From Eledone cirrhosa (lineage: Eukaryota), in the NCBI GenBank assembly GCA_964016885.1, contig OZ024743.1, forward strand, positions 118,234,001 through 118,298,000: a DNA stretch of 64,000 nt, written 5' to 3'. This document shows, piece after piece, positions 13,181-27,900 of this stretch. Every line of letters begins with the position of its first letter. The first letter of the stretch is position 1. A program made the translations under genes and the position numbers. The notes under the pieces were generated by a model, which searched no databases, had not been told where the DNA came from, and worked only from the letters and a program-made list of their open reading frames with translations.

Positions 13181-16100
13181 TTCGAAAGCTATGCTGCATA
13201 GATATTTATATCTTTGTTCAAAAGAAGTTTTGAAGAAAGAAAAAATTTCTTTGTGTGCAATAGCAATAATTAAAACACTTTGGACAACAAATTTAATTTA
13301 CGAACTCTTCCTAATTTAATATAATTTTAACATTATTGATTTCTTTTTCTCACAGGGTATAATATAGTTTGGGTCTTTCTAGTTTTACTTTGTGTTGTAG
13401 CAAAGAAAGTAAAAATTCGAATTGGTAGTTGAAACTGTAATAGAAGCAACGTTCGTCAGTTCACTCTCGAAATAAATACATTATTGATGTTTTTAAAACT
13501 ACAAACAAGTTGCTATAGTATTGACGAAAAAAGAGCTTGGCGTGATGACATTGAAATGTATTGTGTGTTTAAGAAACTGCTCCAATAAGTCTAGAAACTC
13601 AAGTCATTAATAGCCAACCTCTAGCCCGACTGAGGAATACGAAAGCTTATAGCATCCTATGCTAAAGAATATATTGCAGAAGCAGGAAATTGACGGAAAC
13701 GGCATAATGTTAAAATGAATGCCTTACAATATTTAATGTAATTCTTCTATGTCTAGAATTCAAACCTCATCGGAGTCAATATTTCTTGTATCACTTATCT
13801 ACCAGTCAACCAGTGATATCAATTCAATTGAATTTATCATCCCTGTATATCGCTGATTATTTATTCGAAACTGAAAAATATAATTATCAATAAAAGTAGT
13901 GCCTGCAAGTTATAAGTAATATTGGGGAGAAAAGAAACAATACATTATGTATCACTCTAATTTAATGGATCAATGTGCTTTTGTGTTTCAATGAGAAACC
14001 AATACAGGCTTTCAGTGCAATGAGGTGCTAAAGGCAGTTACGCATTAGATTAAAAGCTTACAATAGCAGTAATATATAGTTAAACTTCTGCCTTGTCAAA
14101 GAGAATAAATACTTTTCTACTGTACCAAAAGTAGCAACTTAGTTACATGCAAGCATTCTGGAGAATCTCTATATTATACCTCAATCTGCTAGAAATCACA
14201 GTTAAATATTCTTTAAGTTACATCCAATGCCAATTTACGAAGGCTATTTGTTGTTAATATCCCTTCCGTATTAGCCCACATTACTGCGCTTTAGAAACAA
14301 TGGCGCGTTTTGCTCCAATGACGCAGTCGCTAAACACATCAAGAAAATATTATCATACACCCCTAGTTTAAGCACAACTAAAAACCTAGTTTTCTACAAA
14401 CAGTAATCATCTGAAACACTGATAACTTTTCTGGTAAAAGTGTGTCATCAACGTGACACACACTGATTTTTCTCTCCAGAAAAGTCTAATATTTTCATCA
14501 AAACTACTAACCCTATATAAATAGAGTATCTGAGATCATGCTGCTGCTACACTGCTACACACAGACATTCTCAGACACTTCCAAAATAAAGGTCATTCGA
14601 CTCATTGGTACGAAGTCCTTCACCAACATCACAAATGTCGTGTCTCTTCTACTTGCTTTTTTCTACTGATACTACAGTGATTGCTGTGAATTACTTGTTA
14701 ATTCTTTTCTAGTTCCCCATACTGTGTCCATTCCACAAGATCAAATACATCAGTCCCCTGGAGTTCCATCCCTATATATATTTTCCTGTAGCCTCCGACC
14801 TCAAGTAGCCGTGTAAATCTCATCGGATCAAACACGAAAGAATAATACAATATAAAATGTAGACCCTTAATATGAAATAATTGAATTGGCATGACTAGAG
14901 CACTTTTAAGTGGTGACTTGAGGTGAAATGAAAACAACAAACAAATATTCAGAGAAATCTATTCAGTAAAATATTGAAAGTTGTTAACAAGAGCATGACT
15001 ATAATGTTGCTGAGGATTTCCATTGCGTTTTTGCGCAGTTGACATAAATATCCAATAAAAGTAAGTACTCCTATAAAACAAGAATAAAACGTCTTTGAAA
15101 TTTCCTTAGAAGTAACAAAAGATAACAAAACAAAACAAAAATAAGAAGTATAAAAAGACGCTTATATTTACTTGAAAAAAAAATGATAAATACAGAAATT
15201 GTCTGAGAGGCGGCAGATTTAGTAACTCTCTTTCCTATCATCGTAAAACAGATGTGGTGCGAATTATGCTAAATGTCATTCTTTAACATCATTTATCTCA
15301 TGCTGAAGTGTAAGTAATTTGTGATAAATTTACCGACCATCGATGGATATGTGCAAAAAAAAAAAAAAGTGACTAAAAAATGGGAAAAAATATCGTAAAA
15401 AGTCATCGGCTGATATTTACATACGTTTGGTAACAACTAAAACATCAGTTATTTTAAATGAGTAACTTAAAAGATTAAGAAGACATTATCTTTCTTAAAT
15501 ATGATTTATTTTCTTGTTTATTTTAAGAAGAATAGTCATTGAATTCAACTTATCCTATGCTTTAGTGCAGCATAAGCCGTTAACGTCTATGTCTAAAGTA
15601 GTTTAAAATGTAATATCTCTTGACAATTCCTTTAAATATTATGATTTATGTGTATTCCCAACATCTCACGCAATGAAGTAAAAAAGAAAACACTCATACA
15701 TCATCAAAAGACATTAAACTGTTAAGTAAAAGTAATCATTTTTGCAGCTTCAAATGCTGAACTGTTACTCATAATATGCCATATGTCTGAATCTGAATTC
15801 ATGATATGCTAGTCTGAGTAAAGTCTATTTATCAAAGACACGTAATGTGTATGTATGTACACATACAATCTAAAAACAAATATAAATTTTTTTCTGAGAA
15901 TACTTTATATAGTAAATTCAAAATATTGTTGATTAAAGTTCTATTTTAAATAACATTCATCAATACTTCCAGTTTAGTATATGTTCTTCTCATTTATAGA
16001 ACCATGAATTGTTTCAGAAGTAATTTGTTTTCTAATACCACTTAAGATATTTGTTTGAGGGGGGAAATTCTTGTAAATGTTGTCATCCTTCAGAGCCTAC

Positions 16101-19100
16101 AGTGATGTTCTTGCAAACACCTAATTGTAATGTTCATCAAAGAACTAGTAATATTTCTCTTGCTTTTATTCTCTGAAGATCTCTTTCTTGGATATTATAT
16201 CTATTAAATATATATAAAACATCGTTATAATTCCGGAATATATAAACATAAAATAAAATCTTTGTAACTCAACACGACAGGAAGTATCGTTGATTATAGT
16301 TCTTATTTAACCTTTAATTTCACTCATTTAATGATGTTTCACCGAAGATTTAATGTATGTTGTATTTCGAGTTTTCTGAATTGTCGAGTTGAGAGACAGT
16401 CTTATGGCCATTAAGATCTTTACAAATGAAACAAGAGACGCAAAATCTTCTAATTCGACATCTTGTCATATCTAATAATTTAAATTAAATTTAGATGCAG
16501 AAAGCTTCGTATTTAATACATCAAATATATTAATGCAGTTAAACCAAGCGTGCAGTACTTAATTCACTGATGGAAAAGATTTGAATGTATTGGAAATTTT
16601 ATTTGTTCTTAATATTAGTAATTACACTACGAAATGTACTGGGCTTTTAAAATATTTAACAATTAAACTATATCTATAACTGATCTCACGTTCTAAGATA
16701 CGTTGCTAACTACCTTATATTTGTTCCTCCTCCCAATTTCCCATATATGAAAACTGAATTGCATTAGTACCTCTCGCTGTATATTTTGATCCTATTATTT
16801 CTTTTAAATCTTTAAGTTACTAGATAGAAATGAACATAATATATATAATACGTCCGAAACATAAACAGATCTAAGGCATATACCCCAATTTATATGTATA
16901 TATATACATTTACTTTTTTATTATTGTACTGGTTTGATACATATATATACATTTACTTTTTTATTATTGTACTGGTTTGATACACTAGACAACGGGTATG
17001 CTGCGGCATCATATATATATATATATTCCTGATGATTTCTCAAGAATGAGACAGTTCTAGTCCTGTAGAATCTCATCTATATTAAAACTATATATATATA
17101 TATATCCGCCTGGAGCTAGCTATTGAAACGTCAAGCGCTCAGTCATCGGCTCCCGAATCTTTCTAATAAATATTTTGTGCTGTTTACCAATGACTAGAAC
17201 TGGTCATTCCGATTAGTAAACGATGATGCAATAAATTAAATCATACGAATCATCCATCGCAGATATGGTATCACGTGGATGGTGCAGGAACGGAATAGAA
17301 TATTCATTCAAAAACAAAAGAAGGCCGGATTTTAACATTATTTAATGTTTTAATTTTGCGAAAACACTATACGTATTTCAGTGGCCGAGTTTGATCATCT
17401 GATCATGATGCGAGACTTAGCCGATTTTATTAGCTGTTGATTGCGTCGAACACAAACAACGAATAGAAGATAGATTTGGTTCAAGAATTGCTCACCAATT
17501 CGGTGTTATTGTAACTACAAAGCATCCCGGATGTCAGGGGCATAGCCATACTCACTATGTTAGGCCGATTATTATTGCTGCTGTTTAACCCATATTTGGT
17601 GGGAATGGCCGTTGATACTGAGAGGTTCATCCGTCCCTTGAATGCGTCTTGTTTCATATGCTGCTAGGGTCCCATAAACACTTCTCACCAGACCAAAGTC
17701 TTGTGGGGGAGCCAGTTTAGTCACCTACAACTTGACCAAGAAGCAGGCTGTACTGGATTACATGTTAACAGTAGCTGTCAGAAAATTGAACTGACCATAT
17801 GTATATATATATTTATATTATATGAATAATATCTCAATTCAAATGCATGCTATGTAAAGTTTTAAACTTCAACCAGCTTTAAGCTTCAACCATAGGTATT
17901 ATATGTCCACTAGTTTAGTTTTGCTCCATGATAACTAAACTAGCAGACATATAATAACTATATCCTATGCTGGGTGAATTTTGAAACCTTAGGTAACATG
18001 CATTTCTGTTAAGATTTAATTCATATAATATATTTTATCACTGTACATTACATAGAGCGCTTTATTCTTTGATCTATTTCTTCGGAAACACTTGGCATTA
18101 TATATACATACATAGTTACATACATACATACACACATATATATATATATCGTCAAATTATTTCCTAGTAATAACTTCTGTTATTACATTTTTTTACGTTT
18201 TCCTCAGTCTGTCTCAGAAATATGATATCCTTCATGTTAACTTAATCTTTCAATGTAAGTGGCATCGTTATATTTTTCCTCATTTTCGTCTTGAAATATT
18301 TTTTCCATTTTTTTTCATCTTCCTCTACTCTTTGATCTGAAGTAACACTTTCAATTATTATTAGTACCCTTATTACTTTTGTTTTTCATTTGGCAAATGA
18401 AATCTTTTATTCTTTCTGTAAGTTTTCGTACGCCCTACACTCCTATTTGAATGATATTCTACGACCGGAATGCTTATCACTACTTCATATTTTATTATAT
18501 ACAAGCACAGGATTACAAAATATCTTTTGGTGCAACCTATAATAAATGTAGCTTGTGTTATCTTCATCACTTCAGATAACAGAGAATATCATGAAAACAG
18601 AGTTATGTTGCGGATTTGAACGGAGAACATTAAACAAATAAAACACACAATCACAAGTAAATCCAAATATAGATACTCACACCACCATCCAACACAAGCA
18701 TGCATTTACATACGTGTGTGCGCAGGCACAGACATACGCACATGTATAATATAGGTGAAGTACTCATTGTTGTAATCAGGATTAAAATGATATATTCACT
18801 ATAACCAAGAAGAAAAACTTTTCTTTCTCTCCCGAAACAGGAGTTCAAATGAAAAGGATATGTATATATACACACAAACTAATAAGACACACACACAGAT
18901 ACATAAATATATGTGTGTTATATCCCGCCTTGACCAGATTTGCTGAATGGCCGAACAAGTTAAAATAAACAGAATAATTAAAATAATAATCTAATCAGAG
19001 CTTTTGATCAAATATAAATGGGAGGAAAGAATATACAAATAATTACCTACTTGTTCTTCAAAGTTCCTGGAGAAACTGGAGTTTCATCGATTTGTTTGCA

Positions 19101-19766
19101 GCAATGATGCACCGGAGAAGTGTACCAGTGTTGTGAGGCTGTTGAATCATACAGGTGTTCAATTCTAAAAGCGCCAATCAAGAGAGAAAACTCTTACAAT
19201 ATCAGTTGATTCAATTTTGTTTGACAGTTTTCAATGGGTTTTGTCAATGCTAAATAGAAAAATCCACATGCTTCGATTTTGTGAGACTTCCTCAGCAACA
19301 CATTCATTTATCATGATGCGGATTATCGATTTATATACAAGAAAAGAGAATAAAATTTTACGTGGACTTTCGTACTAAAAATGGGCTAAGTAAAACATTT
19401 GGGGCGTGCGTTCCTTACAATGAATATATATGCAGTAGAGATGTTAAATACGAGCATTAGAAAAACTCTAATAAACTGAGGCCATTCCTGAAATTTAAAA
19501 ATCAAAACTCCCTTAAGGGTTCCTCTAATGTAAAATATGAAAGCAGTAAGTACCTGTCACTGCAAAACTTAGTTGTGGTTCGCAATTTGCGTTTGCAATA
19601 TATTTGGACGTTGGAGAAAGCAAAGCAGATAAAGCACATGACGTCAAGCCAATCTTTTCTGGAATACCTCATACACACAAGAATTTGTTTGACAGGTGGA
19701 GATAACTGCAGCAGATCGACTGTGTGTGTCTTAAAACGTGAGAAGACTTAAAACTATGACGTATAT

Positions 19767-19827
19767 ATAAAATAAAGTACCAGTAATGTGCTGAGTAAAT
19801 GCTGGCCTTGTGCCAAAAGTAGAAACA

Positions 19828-19871
<44 letters not shown>

Positions 19872-20283
19872 AGGGCGGTAGATTGGCAGTATCGGTAGAG
19901 TGTCTGACGCCATGCTTTGACGCGTAGAGTTACGGCCCTTGCCATTCTGAGTTCAAATCCCGCCGAGGTTAAATTTGCCTTTCATCCTTACGGAGTCGAT
20001 AAAATAAAGTACCAGTAATGCACTGGGTTATTTGCTGCCCTTGTGCCTAACGTAGAAACAATTATTATTATTAATATTAGGGCGGTGAATTGGCAGTATC
20101 GGTAGAGGGTCGGACGCCATGCTTTGACGCATAGAGTTACGGCCCTTGCCATTCTGAGTTCAAATCCCGCCGAGGTTAACTTTGCCTTTCATCCTTACGG
20201 GGTCGATAAAATAAAGTACCAGTAATGCACTGGGTAATTGCTGGCCTTGTGCCAATAGTAGAAACAATTATTATTATTATTAT
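19767..20283 (+). mobile_element. Tandem SINE array: 3' fragment (19767-19827) plus two full copies (19872-20060, 20080-20266), each followed by (ATT)n
   Basis: A/B boxes, conserved core and gccttgtgcc..agaaaca(att)n tails; short subfamily lacking the gtcgatttaatcgac segment. Confidence 0.92.
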
Positions 20284-21722
20284 CATTTTTGTTTTCTTTC
20301 ACTATTATTTCTGAGATATATGCCGAATGTCTTCTTGACACCTAGGGCAAATAAATTCACAGTAAGCCAGTTAATACAGCACATTGATTATAATAAAAAA
20401 AAAAACAGTATACATATATACACATGTGCATATGCATATGTAAATACAAGGAGGGATATCAATCTTACACAGATAGTGCTCTTCTCAATACGTGTGCAGT
20501 ACCAGTCAAAACAACTTTTTGCACCTCGTGCAGAGAGGGTAAACCAGGAATCATTCGCAAATATTGTTCTGTTCCTTTCTTGATCATTCCCAGTCCTTCC
20601 ACAATCACTGGTATTGTAACGGCCTTGAGGTGCCACATTTTCTCAATTTCAATAAGCAGATCTTTATATTTTCGTAGCTTGTCAAATTCTTTTGCTGCGA
20701 TATTGTGATCACATGGGATGCTCATATCTATCAACAAACAGACCTTGTTATGTTGATCTTTTACAATGATGCCAGGTCTATTTGCTTTTGTGGTCCCGTC
20801 AGTATGTATAGGAAAGTCCCAGAAAATTGTTACTTTTTCTCCTTCAGTTACAGCCTCAGGGTGATGGTTGTACCACTTGTCTTCAGCTTTGATTTTGTAA
20901 TGCCGACATATTACCCAGTGTAGATATTGGCCAACTCTGTCATGTCTATATTTGTGTCCTACTGGAGCTAAAACTTTACATCCAGAGAATAAGTGATCCA
21001 CTATTTCAACCTCAGCATTGCAGAATCGGCACTTTGGGTTTATTCCGTTTCTCATCACATAAGCCTGGTAATTACGAGTCAATAAGCTTTGATCTTGAGC
21101 AGCTAAGATGAAGCCTTCACTTTCCGCCTTTAGTTCTGAACTACGTAGCCACTGATGGGTGTGCTTTTGGTCAACATCATCTTGTTTGCTACGGCCCACA
21201 TATTTGCCATGCAGAGGTGACTGCTCCCAATTTGATGCTAATTGTCCCTGCCCTTTTGCTTTTGCCAGTGAGATGATGTGCTTAGCAGCATCAGTTGCAA
21301 CAGTTTCTTTAGTCTGTCCAGCCTGGGTATCAAGCATGAGATCAGCAGCATATTTTTTGCTCTCCTTCAAGATAGAATGAAGCTTCTTACTTCTTTCATG
21401 CTTTTCAACAAGTTTCAGCATACAGTCGTTAGTTGTTTCAAGGTATTTGGCCAGTCCAATGATGGTGGTCTTGTAAGCAAGTTCAAATTGGATCAGGCCA
21501 CGGCCTCCCTGAGTTCTAGGAAGGTAAAGACGATCCATATCTGCTTTTGGGTGGTGCATCCTATTACAGGTCAGTAGCTTACGAACTTTGGTGTCGATTC
21601 TTTTGACTTCACTCATATTCCAGTTCAACACACCGAAGCTATAAGTCACAACTGGGACTGCCAAGGAATTTATGACTAGCACCTTGTTACGAGCGTTTAG
21701 TTCTGTTCTCAGAACTGCACGT
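20284..21722 (-). mobile_element. 5'-truncated R4/Dong-like non-LTR retrotransposon (ORF 20465-21682)
   Basis: 405-aa ORF with RT C-terminus (LYLPRTQGGRGL), CRFC..H..SGC zinc knuckle, RHD and RLE motif (RPG..D..LIDM..KLRKY); both ends abut (ATT)n. Confidence 0.9.
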
Positions 21723-21735
21723 TTTTATTATTATT

Positions 21736-22519
21736 CAGTGCTACCGGGGAGCGTTGCCGGTTCGAGATAAGCTCTACAGGCGCGGAAGTGCCGTCAGCCG
21801 AGCCTGTCCGTGATGCGCGCAGAGCGATGAAACCGTTGTGCACGCACTCGTTCAGTGCTCTAGCATTACTGACTTGTGGAGCTATGTCGAACAGTTGCTG
21901 TTGCGTGTATGACTGATCCGGTTATCGACTGAGTCTATTGTGCAGATGGTCTCGCCGACTTCCTTCGAGGAGGAAGGGCAGGCGGTTTTCATCTCCCTAG
22001 TGGCCATGGCGAAAGAGATTGTGTGGTGGACAATTGAAAGGTTTAAAGACAGACACTTTCCTCTTCGGCGAGTCCCTAATTAACTTTTTCAAGTTTCACT
22101 TGAAGAGGAAAATCAGGGTGGAGAGGCAAGTGCCGCCTTCTAGTAAGTTTGTTGAAAGGTGGGTGAATGTAACGAGAATGGTCCGAGTGAACGGGACCGG
22201 TCTGAATATACGCCTGTAGTTTGAGAAATGGAAAAATGGAGAGAGGGCGCTTGCCCTGGGGGTCAGGGTGGCCGTGGTCTTTTGTGTGGGTTTCGCCACA
22301 TGTAACCCTCGGAAGTTTCCCCCCTATTGGGGAATTTTTCATTGTTTCAATTTTCATTTTTATTGTTTATATATATATATATGTTTCTATGTCTTTTTCT
22401 TTTTCTTTTCTTTACACGAAAATCTTTACACGAACAAAACCCACATCGTACCGCCCTGACCCGTCCTGTGCCGTCTGTAATGTTTTTCTTGATGTCAACC
22501 CTTGTGGCCAATAAAGAAA

Positions 22520-22521
<2 letters not shown>
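21736..22521 (+). mobile_element. 5'-truncated Tx1/L1-like LINE fragment with 3' UTR
   Basis: Homologous to 27863-28588; ends ccttgtggccaataaagaaatc then (ATT)n; (ATT)n also at the 5' side. Confidence 0.88.
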
Positions 22522-22554
<33 letters not shown>

Positions 22555-22769
22555 GAATGCTATGGTTGACGGAGGCTCGGCTCTGTAAGGTATTGTAAAT
22601 TTTGACCGCTATAACAATTGTAAATTGTTTAAAACTTTAAGCGACCTGTAGACAAAAACACCCTCCTCCTCGTGAGAAGGGTCTTTCTGCCCGTTATTTG
22701 GCCCTTCGGGGTTAACTAACTGCTTATTGGGGTTTTGTGCCCAATATTTATTTTAAACAAAAAAACAAC

Positions 22770-24918
22770 ATGGCTACGAAAAAGAATTTTCATAGGTCAC
22801 TCCCACTCATTCCATCTTCTTCTTCCTCAACCGTCACTATAGCAGAGAGAAGATTGTCTCTCTCTCCCTTCTTTAAATGTGTCTCTCTCCCGCCCTTCTC
22901 TTTCGCAAGCGACGACAGAAAAGAAAAATCTCGTGCAAAGCGTGCAAGATTTCTCCACGACGACGACGACAACGACGAAACAGGTGTGCGGGAAATACGA
23001 AAACCCATTTCATTCGTCTGACGTCAGGAATAATAACAGTAGCAGCCGTAATAACAACAGCAACAGTGACAATGAAAACAACAGTAGCAGCGGCAACAGA
23101 ATCAGCAGCAGCATAAATAACAACAGCATTAGCAGCAACAACAACAGCAGCAGCAGCAGCAGCAACAACAACAACAACCACAGCAACAGCGGCGCCGGCA
23201 GTAGTCGTAGTACCTGCAGCAACAACAAAAGTAACAGCAGCTCTGACGACAACAACAACAACGACAGCAGCAAAGAAAACAATCTCGTTTGCAGGTATCG
23301 CAAAGAACCTGGAAACCATCCTCATAACAAATGAGGAATTAGAGGAAGCGAAGAAGATGGTGACAAATCTGGACACCGAGCAATCTGCAAGGCAGCCGAA
23401 AAATTTTTCGAAACCCAACAGCGCTGTACGGTCACGTACCGTAGAGTAAGTACAAAATCCCGTAGGGTTGAAAGAGCCATAGAGGCTCAAATACAAAAAG
23501 CCTTGGGGTCTGTGTGGCAGCGGAATACGCACATCACCCGAGGCTAGAAATATGCCACCGTAGACGTACTTTTTGCCACAGCCCAGGAGGCAAAGGATCA
23601 ATCCTTAGTGACCCTAAGGAGCAAGGAAAAGGTGTTGGTGCCCTCCTACTGCGGGCAAAAAATTGTGAGGGTCAAAGTGACCCACCCCCCCGGGGGGATG
23701 TCCCCTTCTTGGCGGGCCGCGTCTGTCCTCGTCGGAATCGCGGACAAAACAACTGTACTGAAAGTACAGAAAAAAGTAAGAGAAGATTGGGTCGGCACCT
23801 CCATTGAGATGTTAATCCAAACCAACCAGGAGTGCATCGAAGCTATCCCGGATGTGATAGACTTCGATAACGGCACTCAATTGCCCATAAGTGTTGAGGG
23901 AAAATGCCCGAAATGCTTTCGCTGTGGATCGAAGACTCACCTCAGGGCCTTCTGCAACGAGAAGACCCGAGAAAGGAGAAAACCCCCCTCCTTCCGAAAC
24001 CCGCTCCACGGCTACCAGCAACAGGAAAAGCGGCAACCAGGACCGATAGGTTCGTGGCGCCTATACCCACGCCACGGAAATCAAAAACAGCAGCAGCAGT
24101 GGAAGTATTAACAACAACAACAGCAATACCAAATGCAGCTGCAACAGAGACTCCAGTACAAACATCACCAACAACAACAAGTGAAAGAGTGGAGCTGGTA
24201 CCCCTCCCCGACCTCACATAATCAGACATGGAGTGTGAGGTGGGAGAGGGATGGCAAAAGGTCGTAAGAAGGCAGAAACGCAGAAGCAGCGCATCGTCGC
24301 CTTCGAAAAGGGAGGAAAGAAATGAAAAAAGGGTAAAGGCTACTGCAAGGGAGACTCACAGCAGCAACACCACCAACACCATCACCACCCACACTAGCAC
24401 CACGATCACCACCGGCGACAACCCCACCGCCAACAACAACAACACCTTCAACACCACCACCACAAGCACCAACAAAACACACACACCCAGCAACAACGAC
24501 AACAAAATAGCAGAACCACACCCCACCCCCAGAAAAACAAATGCTCAGCAATAAATACACACAACAAGAAACTAATGACTTACATAATTGAACACACAGA
24601 CATTTCAGAACACGACTACATAATACCAGCACCAATCAAAACGCCAACTAACATAAGACTGCTAAAAATAGCACAGAAACAATACACAAACATTAAAACG
24701 AAATTCCCCAACGCAGTAGGTGATTTCAGAGACATAGGAGGGACTCTCAATCGAAGAGTATATTCGGACATACTCATAGAATAGCCGACGACCAGCCGAA
24801 GGGACGATTCAACGGTCCCTTCACCAGTCGATCAAGTGAAAAGGGATGGAAAAACCATCCCTCCTCTACGAAAAGTACGGTAAGTGGACTTTCCCATCTT
24901 TTCCACTCTATTTTAAAC
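22770..24918 (+). pseudogene. Tx1-like ORF1 (gag-like), disrupted
   Basis: ATG at 22770; AAC/AGC low-complexity stretch; CCHC knuckle CFRCGSKTHLRAFC near 23914-23955; stops and frameshifts; 3' end uncertain. Confidence 0.75.
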
Positions 24919-27900
24919 ATGACCTCACTCAGAATAGGCAGCATAAATGCGCGTGGCTTGGGGTCGTCATGGAAGCAGGGCCACCTGCTCAACGACCTCA
25001 GGTCACTAAACATAGATGTAGTGGCCATCAGCGAGACCAGAATCTCCGAAGCACGGGCCTTCGCACCGATCTTCGGCGGCTACGATGTGTACGCATCTCC
25101 CAGCCGTCCTGGATCGGTGGTGGTGGTGGGGGGGAGTTGCTGTGCTTTTTCGGAGAGGTTTGGATCTCACCATACGAGCCATCTTCCTGGACCCAGAGGG
25201 TAGTTGGTGGTGCTGGACGTGACCAGCGGAGACGGGCAAGCTTTCAGGCTAGTGGCCGTCTATGCGCCGACAGGAGCAGGGCGGCCTGATTTCTTCCGGC
25301 GTCTGGAGACCTTTCTTGGAACGTCCCGCTCTTTAGTGTTAGTGGGCGACTGGAACGGGATCTTAGATGCACGCTTGGACTGTGTGGGATTAGCTGATAG
25401 GGGTGGAGGGTGAAAGCGCCTCACCAACCTGCTCAGGCGTTTTGAACTGTCTGACAGGTACCGATTGGATTTCCCGAATGTGCCAATGTGAACTTGGACA
25501 AATCGCATAGGGTCATCCAGTTCATATCTAGATAGAGTATTTTGTAGGGAAATAGATAGGTCTAGCATAGGCTGTCCACAATTCAAGATAGTCAGCTACA
25601 CGGACCACAAATTTGTGATCTGTGTGCTTGACTTAGATAGGCTTCATAGACGAGGACCCGGCTACTGGAAGCTAAACGCGTCCTTACCAGCGCGCAAGGC
25701 CTACAGTGACCGGATTAGCGAACTAGTTAAGCGGGCGTTGACGGGGCCCATCGTCAACAACAAGTCGTGGTTTGCTCTGAAAAGAACGATTAGAACAGAA
25801 TCCATTAGGTTTAGTAATGCTTTAGCAATAGAGAAAAATAGAGCAGAGGGAGAACTAGTTAGAAAATTAGACGAGGCGCTTAGCAAAGGCATTGCGACCG
25901 ACGTGCTTGCGGCGAAATTGGCCCTTGACCAATTCTTCAATGCAAAGCACGAAGGCTGCGTTGTCAGAGCTAGGGTGCGTGCTCTCAGACACGAGGGTAC
26001 GAAAGCCGTTCAATGGGCCCGAGTGGCGGAGGCGCGTCGTAGCAACAAAGCCACGATCCGGTCTTTGGTGGACCACGACGGGCGCATGCTACTCGATCCC
26101 GGGAAAATGTGTGAAGATTTTCAGCGACACTTCACTCAGCTGTTCGGGGGAAGCGGTGGGCCGGGTCGAGGGATGGACTTTAGTGTCTACCTCGACGGAC
26201 TGCCGCGGCTCTCGGCCACTGAGGCAGAGTGTTGCGAAAAGCCGATAACAGCCGCTGAAGTAAGGGAGGCAATGACTGGCTGCACAAGGGGTAAATCGCC
26301 TGGTTTGGATGGTCTTCCCTATGAACTTTACGTACAGATGCCATACTTGTTCGGAGGCCTCTTGGCGGACGTCTACTGCAACTGGCAACAGAACGGGAGA
26401 ATTCCCAGTTCTGTGAGCTGAGGAGCGGTGTCACTGCTGAGAAAGGATCCGAACAAGTGGGATAACTTAGATAATTTCAGGCCCATAACTCTGCTGAAGA
26501 CACAGTTCAAGATTTTGGCCAAGGTGCTAGCAAACAGGTTGGCGATTGTCGTTGGTGGTCGGGTTGGAGAGGCGCAGTCATGCACCATTCCAGACAGATC
26601 CACCCACGACAACCTCCATCTCATTCGATATATCGTAGAGAGGGTAGCTAGGGAACCTGGCACGAGTGGGTTCTTTGATCAATTTGGATCATTCGTAAGC
26701 TTTGGATAGGGTCGACCATCGTTATCTAGCGGCAGTCTTGAGGGCGGCTTGCTTTGGGCCCGTCTTTAGAGGCTGGATCGCTGCCATGCACAGCGACATC
26801 TGCTTTGTGGTGTGAGTGAATGATCACCTTTCGGAACCGTTCAACATCATGCGCTCGGTCCGCCAATGATGTCCCCTCTCGTTCCTCTCGTACGTATGGA
26901 CTCTGGAGCCATTACTGCACAAACTGGAGAGGTTGAGGGGCGTCCCGCGCGAATTAGGATGCGGAAGATCCGTGTCAGCATATGCGGACGATGTCACCGT
27001 AGTGGTGTCGAACGCCAAACACATCAGGGCGATCGGCACTACACTAAGAGAATACGAAGCGGTGACAGGAGCAATGATCAACCAGGAAAAGTCAGTGGGC
27101 CTGCAGCTCGGCACCTGGAGAGGCAGGCCCATGCCGTCCAACAGCGTCGTCGGACGCTGGACGGACGGACCGGTTAAATTGCTAGGTCTCTGGTTCGGTC
27201 CGGACCTCCAGACGGACAAAAACTGGGACAAGGTGAAGAGCAGGGTGGCTTCTCTCACCCAGAAATGGGCGGAGAGGAAGCTATCCCTGAAAGGTCGAGC
27301 TGAGGTGGATAACGCGTACAACGCGTCTGTCATCTGCTACCGCCTGACCGTCGTACCTTGTCCTAAGCCCCGCCTGACTGCGCTGGAGCGTTTGCTCTTT
27401 CGCTTTTTGTGGAAGGGACGCGCTGCCGATGGTCAGGCGGTCCATCTGCTTTCAACACCCGCTACGTGGAGCGCTGGGAATGCCGTGGCTGATGATGCGC
27501 AGACACGCGCTCAGGCTACGACATCTCCACCTCTTCCTCGACAGTGATCAGGTGTGGTCGCCGTTTGCTAGACACGTATTTCCCCAGCTCGTTTCCTTGA
27601 CGGAGCTGCAGTCCTGGGTCAAGCGAAGATCGAGAGGGAGCGCCTGGAGACTGGAATGTCTTCAGGCGCTCACAGCCCTCGACCAATCGGGCAATGTGAT
27701 CGGTGGAATCTCCACCTCGGCGTTCTATAGGGGATTAGTGGAGGGGAAGAGCGACGACGTACTTGGGGAAACTCTAGGCGTCGACGAAAATCAACTAGCC
27801 AATCTCTTCGGAAGAACTTTCGAGCCGGGACCTATGGACAACTTCCAGAAATCTCTGGCCTGGCAGTGCTACCGAGGAGCCTTGCCAGTTCGGGATAAAC

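Noticed and set aside
14698-14940. 80-aa minus-strand ORF as a host exon
   Set aside because: No recognisable domain or convincing splice context; cannot exclude an exon without RNA data.
16897-16984. Tandem duplication of about 43 bp
   Set aside because: Ordinary local slippage next to TA repeats.
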